A program made the position numbers and the translations under genes. From Candidatus Woesearchaeota archaeon (GTDB lineage Archaea; Nanobdellota; Nanobdellia; Woesearchaeales; ARS49), in NCBI GenBank assembly GCA_016188265.1, contig JACPID010000024.1, forward strand, positions 1-47,244: a DNA stretch of 47,244 nt, given 5' to 3'. Shown piece after piece: positions 8,597 to 18,230 of the stretch (the stretch's first letter is position 1; each line of letters begins with the position of its first letter). Below the pieces are notes generated by a model, which did no database searches, was not told the DNA's origin, and saw only the letters and a program-made list of their open reading frames with translations.

Positions 8597-10480
8597 ATGG
8601 CAGGTAAAAAAAAAGAAGAAAAACAAAGGTATGAAAAAGAAGAAGCAAAAACAATGCAGTTACCAGAAGGCATGCCTTTACCTCCTCAAATACCTCCAGA
8701 ATTAAAAGAAAAACTTGACAAAATAAAACAAAAACTAGAAAAATTTTCAAAAGAAGTTGTTAGTAAATTTGAAAAATATATTGTAGGGGTGGCTCTGCTT
8801 CCTCCGCCAAATGTTCATCCAGGAATGACTCCTGAGGAATTAGCAAAAGCACAGCAAGAAAATAAAGATAAAATTCATGCACTTGTTCTTATTGATGATA
8901 GCGAACCTTCAAAGATAAGTAAATTTGAACTTAAAGAAAAGATTAGTGATATTGTTGATAAAACTGCCAAAGAAATTGATCCAAATATTACTCCACAAAT
9001 AGTATTGCTTGGTGAATTATGGCAAAATTGTTATGATGGCAAATATGAAGTTATGCAATTAATAGCGCTTTCTGCACCAGTTTATGACACTGGGATGTTA
9101 TCTGCAATAAAAATAGCAGAATTACATAAAAGCATGGTTTTGAAAAAATTTGAAAAATATATAGTTGCTTATATTCTTGCTGGCAGTCTTGTGCAAGGTA
9201 AAGCAACTAAAGATAGTGATATTGATGTATTTATTGTTATTGACGATACTGATGTCAAAAAAATGACGCGAGTTGAATTAAAAGACAAACTAAGGCAAAT
9301 AATAATCAGCATGGGATTTCAAGCTGGAGAAATTACTGGCATTAGAAATAAGCTTAATGTGCAGGTTTATATTTTAACAGATTTCTGGGAAAGTGTAAAA
9401 GAAGCTCATCCAGTAATTTTCACTTTCTTGAGAGATGGTGTTCCGTTTTTTGACAGGGGGATTTTCATGCCTTGGAAACAGCTTCTTAAAATGGGGCGTA
9501 TAAGGCCAAGTCCTGAAGCAATTGATATGTATATGAGTTCTGGTGAACAAATAATTGATCGTATAAAATTCAAAATAAGAGATATTGGAATGGAAGATTT
9601 GTTTTATTCAATTTTAACGCCATCACAGGCAGCTCTTATGATGTGGGGATTTCCTCCGCCAACACCTAAGGAAACGCCTGAAGTTATGAGGGATATTTTT
9701 GTTAAAAAAGAAAAACTATTGAGTGAAGATGACATTAAAATGCTGGAACACAATATTCAAGTTAGAAAAGAAATTGAGCATGGCACAAAAAAAGAACTTT
9801 CTGGAAAAGAAATGGATGAACTTTTAGAAAATGCTCAAAAATACTTAAAAAGAATCAGAAAATTATTCACGCAAATTGAAAAAATAAAAGAAGAAGAAAC
9901 TCTTTTGAATGTGTATGATACTGTTACAACAATTATGCGTGATATTCTTGTAAGAGAAAATGTTGAAAAAGTAGTTGAAGCTGATCTTTTGCATGAATTT
10001 GAAAATAAATTAGTAAGCACTGGAAAAATTCCTGCTAAATATTTAAGGCAGATCCATGCGGTATTTGATACAAAAAAACATTATGATGCAGGCAAATTAA
10101 CTAAAACAGAAGTAGAAAAAGCAAGAAAAGAAGCAGGAGAATTAATAAGATTCTTAGTGGAGTATCTGCAACGTGAGCGTGGCAAAGAATTAGCAAGAAC
10201 AAAAATTAAAGTAAAACACGGAGAAAAATATGGTGAAGTAACTATTTTAGATAATCAAGCTTTTATTATCAGAGATGTTGATGCTGAAGAAAAAGAAATA
10301 GAAAAAGCGCTTGTGGAAAAAGATGGTTCAATAGGCGTAGCTTCTAAATCATCATATCAAGAATTTGAACAATCATTGGCTAAAGTTAAAATACCTTCTA
10401 AGGTTTTTATTAAAGAGCCAGTGTTTGAAAGTTTAAAAAAAATATTTGGCAAAGATGTTGAAGTTTTAGTGCACGTATGA
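8597..10480 (+). CDS. Duplicated Pol-beta-type (MNT) nucleotidyltransferase fused to tandem HEPN-like helical domains
   Basis: Second NTase repeat has intact AGSLVQGKATKDSDIDVFIVIDD; the first repeat lacks GS/DxD. Helical region contains RKEIEH (R-X4-H). GAGG SD. Confidence 0.75.
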   Translation: MAGKKKEEKQRYEKEEAKTMQLPEGMPLPPQIPPELKEKLDKIKQKLEKFSKEVVSKFEKYIVGVALLPPPNVHPGMTPEELAKAQQENKDKIHALVLIDDSEPSKISKFELKEKISDIVDKTAKEIDPNITPQIVLLGELWQNCYDGKYEVMQLIALSAPVYDTGMLSAIKIAELHKSMVLKKFEKYIVAYILAGSLVQGKATKDSDIDVFIVIDDTDVKKMTRVELKDKLRQIIISMGFQAGEITGIRNKLNVQVYILTDFWESVKEAHPVIFTFLRDGVPFFDRGIFMPWKQLLKMGRIRPSPEAIDMYMSSGEQIIDRIKFKIRDIGMEDLFYSILTPSQAALMMWGFPPPTPKETPEVMRDIFVKKEKLLSEDDIKMLEHNIQVRKEIEHGTKKELSGKEMDELLENAQKYLKRIRKLFTQIEKIKEEETLLNVYDTVTTIMRDILVRENVEKVVEADLLHEFENKLVSTGKIPAKYLRQIHAVFDTKKHYDAGKLTKTEVEKARKEAGELIRFLVEYLQRERGKELARTKIKVKHGEKYGEVTILDNQAFIIRDVDAEEKEIEKALVEKDGSIGVASKSSYQEFEQSLAKVKIPSKVFIKEPVFESLKKIFGKDVEVLVHV

Positions 10481-11016
10481 GAATATTAGTAGATATGGAT
10501 GATGTTATCTCTGACTTTGATAAAGGGTTTGAGCTGGCATGGAAAAAACATTGCCTTGATAAGCCGTACATTCCAGTTGAGAATAGAACAACATTTTACA
10601 TTCAAGAATTTTATCCTGAACATTTACAGCCATTAGTTAGAGAAGTGTTTTCTACACCTGGCTTTTATCTTTCATTACCGCCAATTCTAGGAGGATTAGA
10701 AGCAATGGTTGAAATGAAAAGATTAGGGCATGATGTTTTTATTTGTACCACGCCATTATCAGATTACGAGCATTGTGTATTAGAGAAATATAAATGGATA
10801 GAAAAAAATTTAGGCAAAAAATGGACTGAAAAACTCATACTCACAAAAGATAAAACAGTAGTTACTGGAGCTTACTTAATTGATGATAAACCAGAAATTA
10901 CTGGAGCGGCAATCCCTGTTTGGGAGCACATCCTTTATGATAAATCATATAATAAACAAATAAAAAAGAAAAGACTAACATGGCAGGAGGATTGGAAAAA
11001 AATTTTAGGAATTTAA
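10477..11016 (+). CDS. 5'(3')-deoxyribonucleotidase (NT5C, HAD family)
   Basis: ILVDMDDVISDF, ICTTP, EKYKWI, LTKDKT and LIDDKP motifs. ATGA overlap with the NTase gene. Confidence 0.9.
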   Translation: MRILVDMDDVISDFDKGFELAWKKHCLDKPYIPVENRTTFYIQEFYPEHLQPLVREVFSTPGFYLSLPPILGGLEAMVEMKRLGHDVFICTTPLSDYEHCVLEKYKWIEKNLGKKWTEKLILTKDKTVVTGAYLIDDKPEITGAAIPVWEHILYDKSYNKQIKKKRLTWQEDWKKILGI

Positions 11017-13209
11017 TTATAATTTCTTCATTCTTAATGTTAAAGAATTTATAACAACGCTTACAGAGCTTAAACCCATTGCTATTGATGCAAATATTGG
11101 ATTTAATAATAATCCCAAAGGATAAAATATTCCTGCTGCTATCGGAATCATTGCAGTATTATAAAAAAAAGCCCAGAAAAGATTTTGTTTTATTTTCTTT
11201 CTAGTATACTGGCTTAATTTAATTGCTTTGGAAACATCTCTTAAATCATTTTTCATAAGTATTATTTGTCCAGTTTCCATGGCAATATCAGTTCCTGCAC
11301 CAAGAGCAATGCCTAAATCAGCTTGTGCAAGAGCAGGAGCATCATTAATGCCATCGCCAACCATGGCAACTTTTTTGCCTTCTTCTTGCAACAGTTTTAT
11401 TTTATTAGCTTTGTCTGCCGGCTTAACTCGTGCAAGCACATTTTTAATTCCAATTTGTTCTGCAATAGCTTTTGCTACAATTTCATTGTCGCCAGTTAAC
11501 ATAATAAGTTCTTTGTTAAGCGATTTGAGATTTTCAACAGCTTCTTTAGAAGTTTCTTTTAATGTATCCATAATGCCAAAAACACCGAGTGCATTTTTAT
11601 CAAGCGCAACATAAACAACAGTATTTCCTTTTTGCTCTAATAAAGATTTTTTTTGTTCTAATTCTTTGGGAATTTTTATTTTTGCATCGCTAAGCAATTC
11701 ATTTGTGCCAACAAGAACTATTTTTGGCCCCCATTTTGCTCTTACACCTTTACCAGAAATAGCTTCAACAGTTTGTGCTTTTGGAATAACTATTTTTTTT
11801 GCTTTTTTAATAGCCTGCATGATTGCTTTTCCTAAAGGATGCTCGCTTCCTTGTTCAGCAATGCCTGCAATTTTCAACAATTCATTTAATTCAACTCCAT
11901 GAGGAACTGCTGTTGTAACTTCAGGCTCTCCTTTAGTAAGTGTTCCTGTTTTATCAAAAACAATAGTATCAATTGATTGTACTTTTTCGAGAACTTCACC
12001 GCTTCTAATTAAAATTCCATTTTCAGCGCCACGGCCACTGCCAACCATTATTGCAGTAGGAGTTGCAAGACCAAGAGCACAAGGGCATGCAATAATAAGT
12101 ACAGCAATTGCAAATGTTAAAGCTGAACCAAAAGGCTCACCCATTAAGTACCAAAAAGAAAAAGCAATAATTGTGACAAGTAAAACTATTGGAACAAAAA
12201 TTCCTGAGATTTTATCAGCAAGCTTTTGAAGAGGGGCTTTAGCAGATTGAGCTTCTTCTACAAACTTAACAATGTTTGCAAGAACAGTGTCTTTGCCAAT
12301 ATTTTTTGCTTTAATCTGTAAAAAGCCCTGCTTGTTAACAGTTCCTCCAATAACATCATCACTTTTTCTTTTACCTACAGGAATGCTTTCACCAGTAATC
12401 ATGCTTTCATCAACACTTGATTCGCCTTCCATAACAATTCCGTCAACAGGTATTTTTTCTCCTGGCTTAACAATAACAATATCCCCTTTATTGACAAGCT
12501 CTGTTGAAATTCTTTTTTTTACACCATTACGAACAACAAGCGCAAGAACTGGCTGAAGTCTTAATAATTTCTGAATAGCCTGTGATGCTTTTCCGCGAGT
12601 TATTGTTTCTAAATACTTTCCTAAAATAATAAAAGTAATAATAAAAGCAGCAGTATCATAATAAAGCTCTTCTGATTTTAGAAAAGATAAATACACGCTG
12701 TAAAAATAAGCAGCACTAGTACCTAAAGCAATAAGAGAATCCATATTTGCAGAAAAAGATTTTAAACCATTCCAAGTGCCTTTGTAAAAAGGCCAGCCAA
12801 CAGTAAACTGCACAGGAGTTGTTAATAAAAACAACCAAACAGGAGCAGTTTTAACATTTAAACCAAATAATTCCTGAAAAGAAAATACAAACACCCCAAT
12901 ACTAAGCAATAAACTTAACAAAAACAAATTTTTATATCTCACTTGTTCTTTTCTTCGCGCTTCTTCACGTTGCTTAAATGCAGTAAATTCATCAGTAGGC
13001 ATGCCTGCTGTGTATCCAGCATTAATTATTTTTTGAATTAATTGATCTGTACTGGTTAATTTTTCATCAAATTCTACATCAGCAAGACCCTGAGCAAATC
13101 TAACATCAACATTTTTAACACCAGAAACAGATTTTAAAGCTTTAGTAATTGCATTAGCACAGCTAGAACAATGCATGCCACCAACAGACAACTTTGCCTT
13201 TTTTATCAT
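11017..13209 (-). CDS. copA: Cu(I)-translocating P1B-type ATPase
   Basis: HMA domain [48 protein letters not shown] and MGLSS motifs. Confidence 0.95.
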   Translation of the reverse strand: MIKKAKLSVGGMHCSSCANAITKALKSVSGVKNVDVRFAQGLADVEFDEKLTSTDQLIQKIINAGYTAGMPTDEFTAFKQREEARRKEQVRYKNLFLLSLLLSIGVFVFSFQELFGLNVKTAPVWLFLLTTPVQFTVGWPFYKGTWNGLKSFSANMDSLIALGTSAAYFYSVYLSFLKSEELYYDTAAFIITFIILGKYLETITRGKASQAIQKLLRLQPVLALVVRNGVKKRISTELVNKGDIVIVKPGEKIPVDGIVMEGESSVDESMITGESIPVGKRKSDDVIGGTVNKQGFLQIKAKNIGKDTVLANIVKFVEEAQSAKAPLQKLADKISGIFVPIVLLVTIIAFSFWYLMGEPFGSALTFAIAVLIIACPCALGLATPTAIMVGSGRGAENGILIRSGEVLEKVQSIDTIVFDKTGTLTKGEPEVTTAVPHGVELNELLKIAGIAEQGSEHPLGKAIMQAIKKAKKIVIPKAQTVEAISGKGVRAKWGPKIVLVGTNELLSDAKIKIPKELEQKKSLLEQKGNTVVYVALDKNALGVFGIMDTLKETSKEAVENLKSLNKELIMLTGDNEIVAKAIAEQIGIKNVLARVKPADKANKIKLLQEEGKKVAMVGDGINDAPALAQADLGIALGAGTDIAMETGQIILMKNDLRDVSKAIKLSQYTRKKIKQNLFWAFFYNTAMIPIAAGIFYPLGLLLNPIFASIAMGLSSVSVVINSLTLRMKKL

Positions 13210-13219
13210 GTCTTGACAG

Positions 13220-13259
13220 AATAATAAAGTTTACAATATAATAATAAAGTTTATAATAT
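13220..13259. repeat. 20-bp tandem duplication in the divergent copA promoter region
   Basis: AATAATAAAGTTTACAATAT followed by AATAATAAAGTTTATAATAT (1 mismatch). Confidence 0.8.
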
Positions 13260-13282
13260 TTTGTATTATCTTTCTTAATCAG

Positions 13283-13849
13283 ATGACAATTACAATTAAA
13301 ATAGCAGAATATTTCTTAGGAATACAATCATATAAAGCATACAGCAGTAATATAAAACAGCTTGATGAGATAATTGGGGAGGTTCAAGAATTAAAATTCA
13401 GAGAGAATAATCCTGATTATGAGAAGTATAATACAAACGTAAATAATTTATACAGTAGCATTAATACAAAGTTAGATGAGTTGTACAGTGGCATTAAAGC
13501 ATTTAAAAAATTAGAATACATAGGTTATGGTCTTTTATTAAGTAATAAAGTAGTTTCAAATACCCTCTCTGCAATTGCATTAACATTCATAGGTGAAAAT
13601 TTAATAATAGCAACTTCTTTTTTAACTGTTAGTGAAGGAAGTAGGATTATATTGTCATACTTTAATAAAAAAAGTCTGGAAAATGCAAAAAAAAACCTGC
13701 AATTTATAAAAACCTCTAATACAAAATTATTTAAAATAAAAAAAGAGATTGTTAATCTTAATATTGTTAAACAAAGATATAATGAAGATACTGGAGATTC
13801 TAATAATATTGATACATCAGGTTATGATGGATGGATGAATTCTAATTAA
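13283..13849 (+). CDS. Hypothetical protein (helical, central hydrophobic hairpin)
   Basis: 188-aa ORF with a TATA-like box upstream. No known motif. Confidence 0.6.
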   Translation: MTITIKIAEYFLGIQSYKAYSSNIKQLDEIIGEVQELKFRENNPDYEKYNTNVNNLYSSINTKLDELYSGIKAFKKLEYIGYGLLLSNKVVSNTLSAIALTFIGENLIIATSFLTVSEGSRIILSYFNKKSLENAKKNLQFIKTSNTKLFKIKKEIVNLNIVKQRYNEDTGDSNNIDTSGYDGWMNSN

Positions 13850-13864
13850 TTGCCAAAATAAAGT

Positions 13865-14266
13865 TTAGTCAAGTTTAATTCTTTTAATACCTTTTATTTT
13901 ATCGAAATCAGAATCATCACTAACTATTTTACTTAATTTGAGTTGTTTCATGCACGCCAAGTGGAATGCATCGCGTGGTTTGAGATTGAATATCTCAATA
14001 AATTCTAAAGCGTCAAGAGGAATTAGCGCTGAAACTTCACGAACTTCTAAGTTTGGCATAAAATAAACGTCCTCTATTGTTTTTCTAAGTAAATCTGCCC
14101 TGCTGTTTTTTCTCAGAACCCACATAACTTCGTCAATAACTAGTACAGAAGTGAACGCTAATAATTTTCCTTCTACAATCTCTTTTTGAATTAGTCTCGC
14201 GTTAACTCCTTTTTTGGTTTGATCTAAAAGTGCAAAAATGAAAAAATTCGCATCAAGATAAATCAT
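13865..14266 (-). CDS. vapC: VapC-type PIN-domain toxin
   Basis: IYLDANFF, VIDEV, PRDAFHLA and VSDDSDFD acidic PIN motifs. Confidence 0.92.
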   Translation of the reverse strand: MIYLDANFFIFALLDQTKKGVNARLIQKEIVEGKLLAFTSVLVIDEVMWVLRKNSRADLLRKTIEDVYFMPNLEVREVSALIPLDALEFIEIFNLKPRDAFHLACMKQLKLSKIVSDDSDFDKIKGIKRIKLD

Positions 14267-14268
14267 TT

Positions 14269-14514
14269 TTAGAAAATCTCTTCGTAAAGTGCATCTCCGT
14301 AAATAAATTCTTTAGTTACATTAGCGCCTTCTTTCTTAGAAATCTCCTCCCATCTTCTCAAAATATCATCTCCGCTCGAAGGTATGACTCTTAATTCTTT
14401 TTTATCTAATTCCAATAGAACTGTTTTATTTTTAGTTATTCCTAGATTCTCACGTATGATCTTTGGTATAACTATCTGTCCTCTCGCACCAACTTTAGTT
14501 TTAAACTGAAGCAT
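14269..14514 (-). CDS. vapB: AbrB/MazE/SpoVT-family antitoxin
   Basis: KVGARGQIVIPKIIRENLGI swapped-hairpin motif. Lies 2 nt upstream of the PIN gene. Confidence 0.9.
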   Translation of the reverse strand: MLQFKTKVGARGQIVIPKIIRENLGITKNKTVLLELDKKELRVIPSSGDDILRRWEEISKKEGANVTKEFIYGDALYEEIF

Positions 14515-14714
14515 ACTCTATTGTGGAGTTAGCTGATATTTAAATTTTTCCTATCTAAGGTATGAATTTTTCATATTAGCAGTATGAATATCTGAAATTT
14601 TTATTGGAAGCAAATATTAAAATAAAAATAGGAAGGCCTCTGAAGGTTATAAAATTAAAATGAAATAATTTAATAGAAAGTTTTAAAAAGAAGTTATTAC
14701 ATAAATTATGAAAA

Positions 14715-15860
14715 ATGAGAAAAATAACTGCTATTTTAACAATAACAATTTTATTGCTTTCACTAGTTGGAGCATCAGGACAGCCAGATAAAGTAAGAGT
14801 GTTTTTGCATTTTAAAGAAAAACCAGATTCTAGTTTAGTTACAAATTCTGGAGGAAGAGTGTTGCATTCGTATAATTTGGTTGATAATGTTCTTGCAGTT
14901 GAATTACCAAAAAATGCTTTATCGGGTTTGAGGAAAAACCCGAATGTTGTTAGTGTTGAATTAGATGTAGAAGTACATACTTTAGTTGGAAATACTGGGA
15001 ATGGAAAAACAGGCAGTGCAACAACACAACCAGCACAAACACTTCCTTGGGGTGTTGATAGAATAAATGCAGAATTATCAACAAATACAGGTGAAGGTGT
15101 AACTGTTTGTATTGTTGATACAGGAATAGATAAAGATCATCTTGACTTACAGGCAAATATTGCTGGAGGAAGAAATTTTGTAGCTAAAGGATTAAAAGTT
15201 GATCCTTCTAAATGGGATGATGATAATGGTCATGGAACACATGTAGCAGGAACAGTAGCTGCACTTAATAATGCAATAGGTGTTGTTGGTGTAGCTCCAA
15301 AAGCTTCACTTCTTGCTGTTAAAGTATTAAACAGGCAAGGAAGTGGGTATTTAAGTGATGTAATTGCAGGTATTGAATATTGTGTAAATAACGGTGCAAA
15401 GGTTGTTTCAATGAGTTTAGGAACAAGTTCTGATGTTCAAGCAATGCATGATGCAGTAGACAAGGCGTATGCAAGCGGAGTTTTATTAGTTGCTGCAGCA
15501 GGTAATGCTAATGGCGGACCAGTTTCTTATCCTGCAGCATATGATTCAGTTATTGCAGTTTCAGCAACTGATAGTACTGATAATCTTGCATGGTTTAGCA
15601 GTGTAGGTCCTGAAGTAGAATTAGCTGCTCCTGGAGTTAGTGTTTTATCAACTTGGAATAATGGCGGTTATAATACTATTAGTGGTACAAGTATGGCAAC
15701 GCCTCATGTAAGCGGGGTAGCTGCACTAGCATTACAAGCTAACCCATTGCTAACAAATACAGAACTTAGAGTCTTACTGCAAAACACAGCAGATGACTTA
15801 GGACTAGCAGGAAGAGATAACTGGTTTGGGTTTGGATTAGTAGATGCATTATTGATGTAA
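14715..15860 (+). CDS. Secreted subtilisin (S8) with signal peptide and I9-like propeptide
   Basis: Catalytic triad motifs VDTGID, HGTHVAGT and GTSMATPHV; oxyanion AAAGN. Confidence 0.95.
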   Translation: MRKITAILTITILLLSLVGASGQPDKVRVFLHFKEKPDSSLVTNSGGRVLHSYNLVDNVLAVELPKNALSGLRKNPNVVSVELDVEVHTLVGNTGNGKTGSATTQPAQTLPWGVDRINAELSTNTGEGVTVCIVDTGIDKDHLDLQANIAGGRNFVAKGLKVDPSKWDDDNGHGTHVAGTVAALNNAIGVVGVAPKASLLAVKVLNRQGSGYLSDVIAGIEYCVNNGAKVVSMSLGTSSDVQAMHDAVDKAYASGVLLVAAAGNANGGPVSYPAAYDSVIAVSATDSTDNLAWFSSVGPEVELAAPGVSVLSTWNNGGYNTISGTSMATPHVSGVAALALQANPLLTNTELRVLLQNTADDLGLAGRDNWFGFGLVDALLM

Positions 15861-15873
15861 ATATTTATTTTAT

Positions 15874-16431
15874 TTATTTTCTTTTATATGTACCAATTAA
15901 TTCTGTTTTTTCAATAATGTGGCCTTTCATTGCTTTTTCTAACTCTTTTTTAGTTGTTGTTTCGGGAAGGTCTAATTTTGTATTCAAAGCATAAAGTTTG
16001 AAAAAATACCTGTGTGTTCCTGAAGGAGGGCAAGGACCGCCGTAACCTGATCTTTTAAAATCAGTTATTCCTTCTTTAGCATTTTGTTTTTCTCCTTCTT
16101 TTAATTCTGTTGTTTTAGGATCAATATTCCAAATAACCCAGTGAACCCAAGTGCCCATAGGTGCATCTGGGTCGTCCATAATTAAAGCAAGTGATTGTGC
16201 ATTTTCAGGAACTTCAGAAATAAGTAAAGGCGGAGAAAGATTTTTATCATCACAAGTATATTTTGATGGTATTGTTTTTTTATTTTCAAAAGCAGGACTT
16301 GTTAATTTCATACTATTCACCTCTAATTGGTTTGTAGTTTGTGGTCTGTAGTTGGTGGTTTGTGTGCATGATATTAATGTGAATAAAAGCAATACGATGA
16401 TGGTTTTTGGCAAACCTTTTTTTTTTCTCAT
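15874..16431 (-). CDS. YbhB/YbcL (PEBP/RKIP) family protein with lipoprotein-like signal
   Basis: MKLTSPAF, DDPDAP, WVHW and YGGPCPPSGTHRYFF motifs. Lipobox-like LISC. Internal GAGGTGA-N5-ATG at 16311. Confidence 0.92.
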   Translation of the reverse strand: MRKKKGLPKTIIVLLLFTLISCTQTTNYRPQTTNQLEVNSMKLTSPAFENKKTIPSKYTCDDKNLSPPLLISEVPENAQSLALIMDDPDAPMGTWVHWVIWNIDPKTTELKEGEKQNAKEGITDFKRSGYGGPCPPSGTHRYFFKLYALNTKLDLPETTTKKELEKAMKGHIIEKTELIGTYKRK

Positions 16432-16518
16432 TTCTTTTGAAGTTGTAATTGATGCTTTTATATAAATTTTTAGATAACAGAGGAAAACAATATAAACCAG
16501 CGCTTATTAGAATTTAGT

Positions 16519-16929
16519 ATGGCGCTTAAATTTCCAAGCTCAGTGGAAGAATGTGTTTATTTTACTCGAAGATTAATTAAAGATGGAAAAGTTGTTGCAT
16601 GGGTTTTTAAAGAGCTTTGTCCAAAGTGCAAGAAGTCTTTAATGGGCAAGCCAAAAGAAAAAGGCAAAGTAAAGATTAGGGCAAAAAAATATGTTTGTGA
16701 GTCTTGCAGTTATACTTTGCCTAAAGAAGAGTATGAAAATACTTTGACTACTAATGTGCAATATACATGTCCACACTGTAAGCATGAAGGAGAAATTCAA
16801 GTTCCTTTTAAAAGAAGAAAAATGCAGGTATTTGATGAAGAAGAACAAAAAAAAATTACTGCTGAGGTTGTAAGGTTTCAATGCCAAAAATGTGGCCAAA
16901 ATATTGACATTACAAAGAAGATGAAATAA
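16519..16929 (+). CDS. Zinc-ribbon protein with four CxxC pairs
   Basis: CPKC, CESC, CPHC and CQKC motifs. TATA-like box about 25 nt upstream. Confidence 0.8.
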   Translation: MALKFPSSVEECVYFTRRLIKDGKVVAWVFKELCPKCKKSLMGKPKEKGKVKIRAKKYVCESCSYTLPKEEYENTLTTNVQYTCPHCKHEGEIQVPFKRRKMQVFDEEEQKKITAEVVRFQCQKCGQNIDITKKMK

Positions 16930-17421
16930 ATGGGTTGGAGAAGTTTTTTAGGATTAGCAGAACAGATAACAACAAGAAAGCCTGTTATTGAATTAAGTGA
17001 AGAAATAAATTATTATGAACAAAAAATAAGCAAGACATATTCTCCAATTAAAAGTAAATTATTTAGCAATACTTTAGATTTATTATTAAGGTTAAATCCT
17101 TTATTGTTTCATTTTAAAAAAAAATCTTTTATAGAAGTAAGAAAAGATGTAACATTAATAACAAAATCATGGCTTAAAGTTAAAAGTTCTGTAATTAGCA
17201 TTATTTCTTCATTAAATAAAAAAGAATCAGAAGGCACAATAACTCTAGAAGAAAGAAAAATAAGAAATGAGTTAACAATTATAGATGCTTATAATTTGAA
17301 AATAAAAAATTTAGTTCAGTCAATAGCTGTTGAAGAATTATCTGAAATTAGCATTATAGATTTTATAACAGAATCTGTTGATTTTTCAAGAAAAATAAGA
17401 GAATTATTAGAAAAAATTTAA
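16930..17421 (+). CDS. Hypothetical helical protein
   Basis: 163-aa ORF abutting the upstream stop. Confidence 0.6.
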   Translation: MGWRSFLGLAEQITTRKPVIELSEEINYYEQKISKTYSPIKSKLFSNTLDLLLRLNPLLFHFKKKSFIEVRKDVTLITKSWLKVKSSVISIISSLNKKESEGTITLEERKIRNELTIIDAYNLKIKNLVQSIAVEELSEISIIDFITESVDFSRKIRELLEKI

Positions 17422-18125
17422 CAGCTTTCATTAAATAATGTTTTAAACCATTCTGTTTCATGTTTGTAAATGATTCTTAAAGTATGATTAAATTCTTCAT
17501 TTGCAGTTGAATAAAAATCTCTTGCAATTACAAATCCGCTGTTGAGCAATAAGTCTTTTACTGAATTGCTTGTGCCTAAAAAAAAGTTTATTATCATTTT
17601 TTCATAGGGTTTTAATCCTCCGATTTCTTCTATTGCCTCGCAATAGCTTAATTCATAAAGCTCTCGCAGAGGTTCTGAATGGTTTTTTGAAAATCTTTGA
17701 AAAACTTCTCCTCTGAAAAACCCAAAATCAAGAACTGCAGGATGAGACATTAATGTTTTTTTTACAGAAATTATTGTTTCTTTGAGTTTATTTTTATGAA
17801 TGGGATTTTTTTCTTTTAAATCATTGCGCATTTCTTCAAATAAAAATTGTATTTCAGGAGGATAAGCGCAAATTACTTCATCAATAATCATATCTTCAAG
17901 CGCTTGCGTATTTCCTCGTAAATGCATAAGATTTGTTAAGAAATTATTTTCTTTATCATTTTTTGAAATATTAACTTGATCTTTTATAAGCCCATCTAAA
18001 ATTAGAGTACGAAGGCTAAAATGATAAGTAATCGCAAAATTAACATGCTTATTATCAGGAATAAACTCCTTTGTCTTGTTTTTCTTAAAATATTTAGGAA
18101 ATTCACTTTTAAGATAAGTTAGCAT
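17418..18125 (-). CDS. Hypothetical protein
   Basis: 235-aa ORF with no recognisable motif. Confidence 0.6.
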   Translation of the reverse strand: MLTYLKSEFPKYFKKNKTKEFIPDNKHVNFAITYHFSLRTLILDGLIKDQVNISKNDKENNFLTNLMHLRGNTQALEDMIIDEVICAYPPEIQFLFEEMRNDLKEKNPIHKNKLKETIISVKKTLMSHPAVLDFGFFRGEVFQRFSKNHSEPLRELYELSYCEAIEEIGGLKPYEKMIINFFLGTSNSVKDLLLNSGFVIARDFYSTANEEFNHTLRIIYKHETEWFKTLFNESC

Positions 18126-18230
18126 TTTTCAGATATATTGGTGGGATTTTAGTGTTTAAAAATATAACTTAGAAAACTTTATATAGCGTGGAATTTAATA
18201 ATATTGTACTCTTTAAAAGAGGGGGATTTG

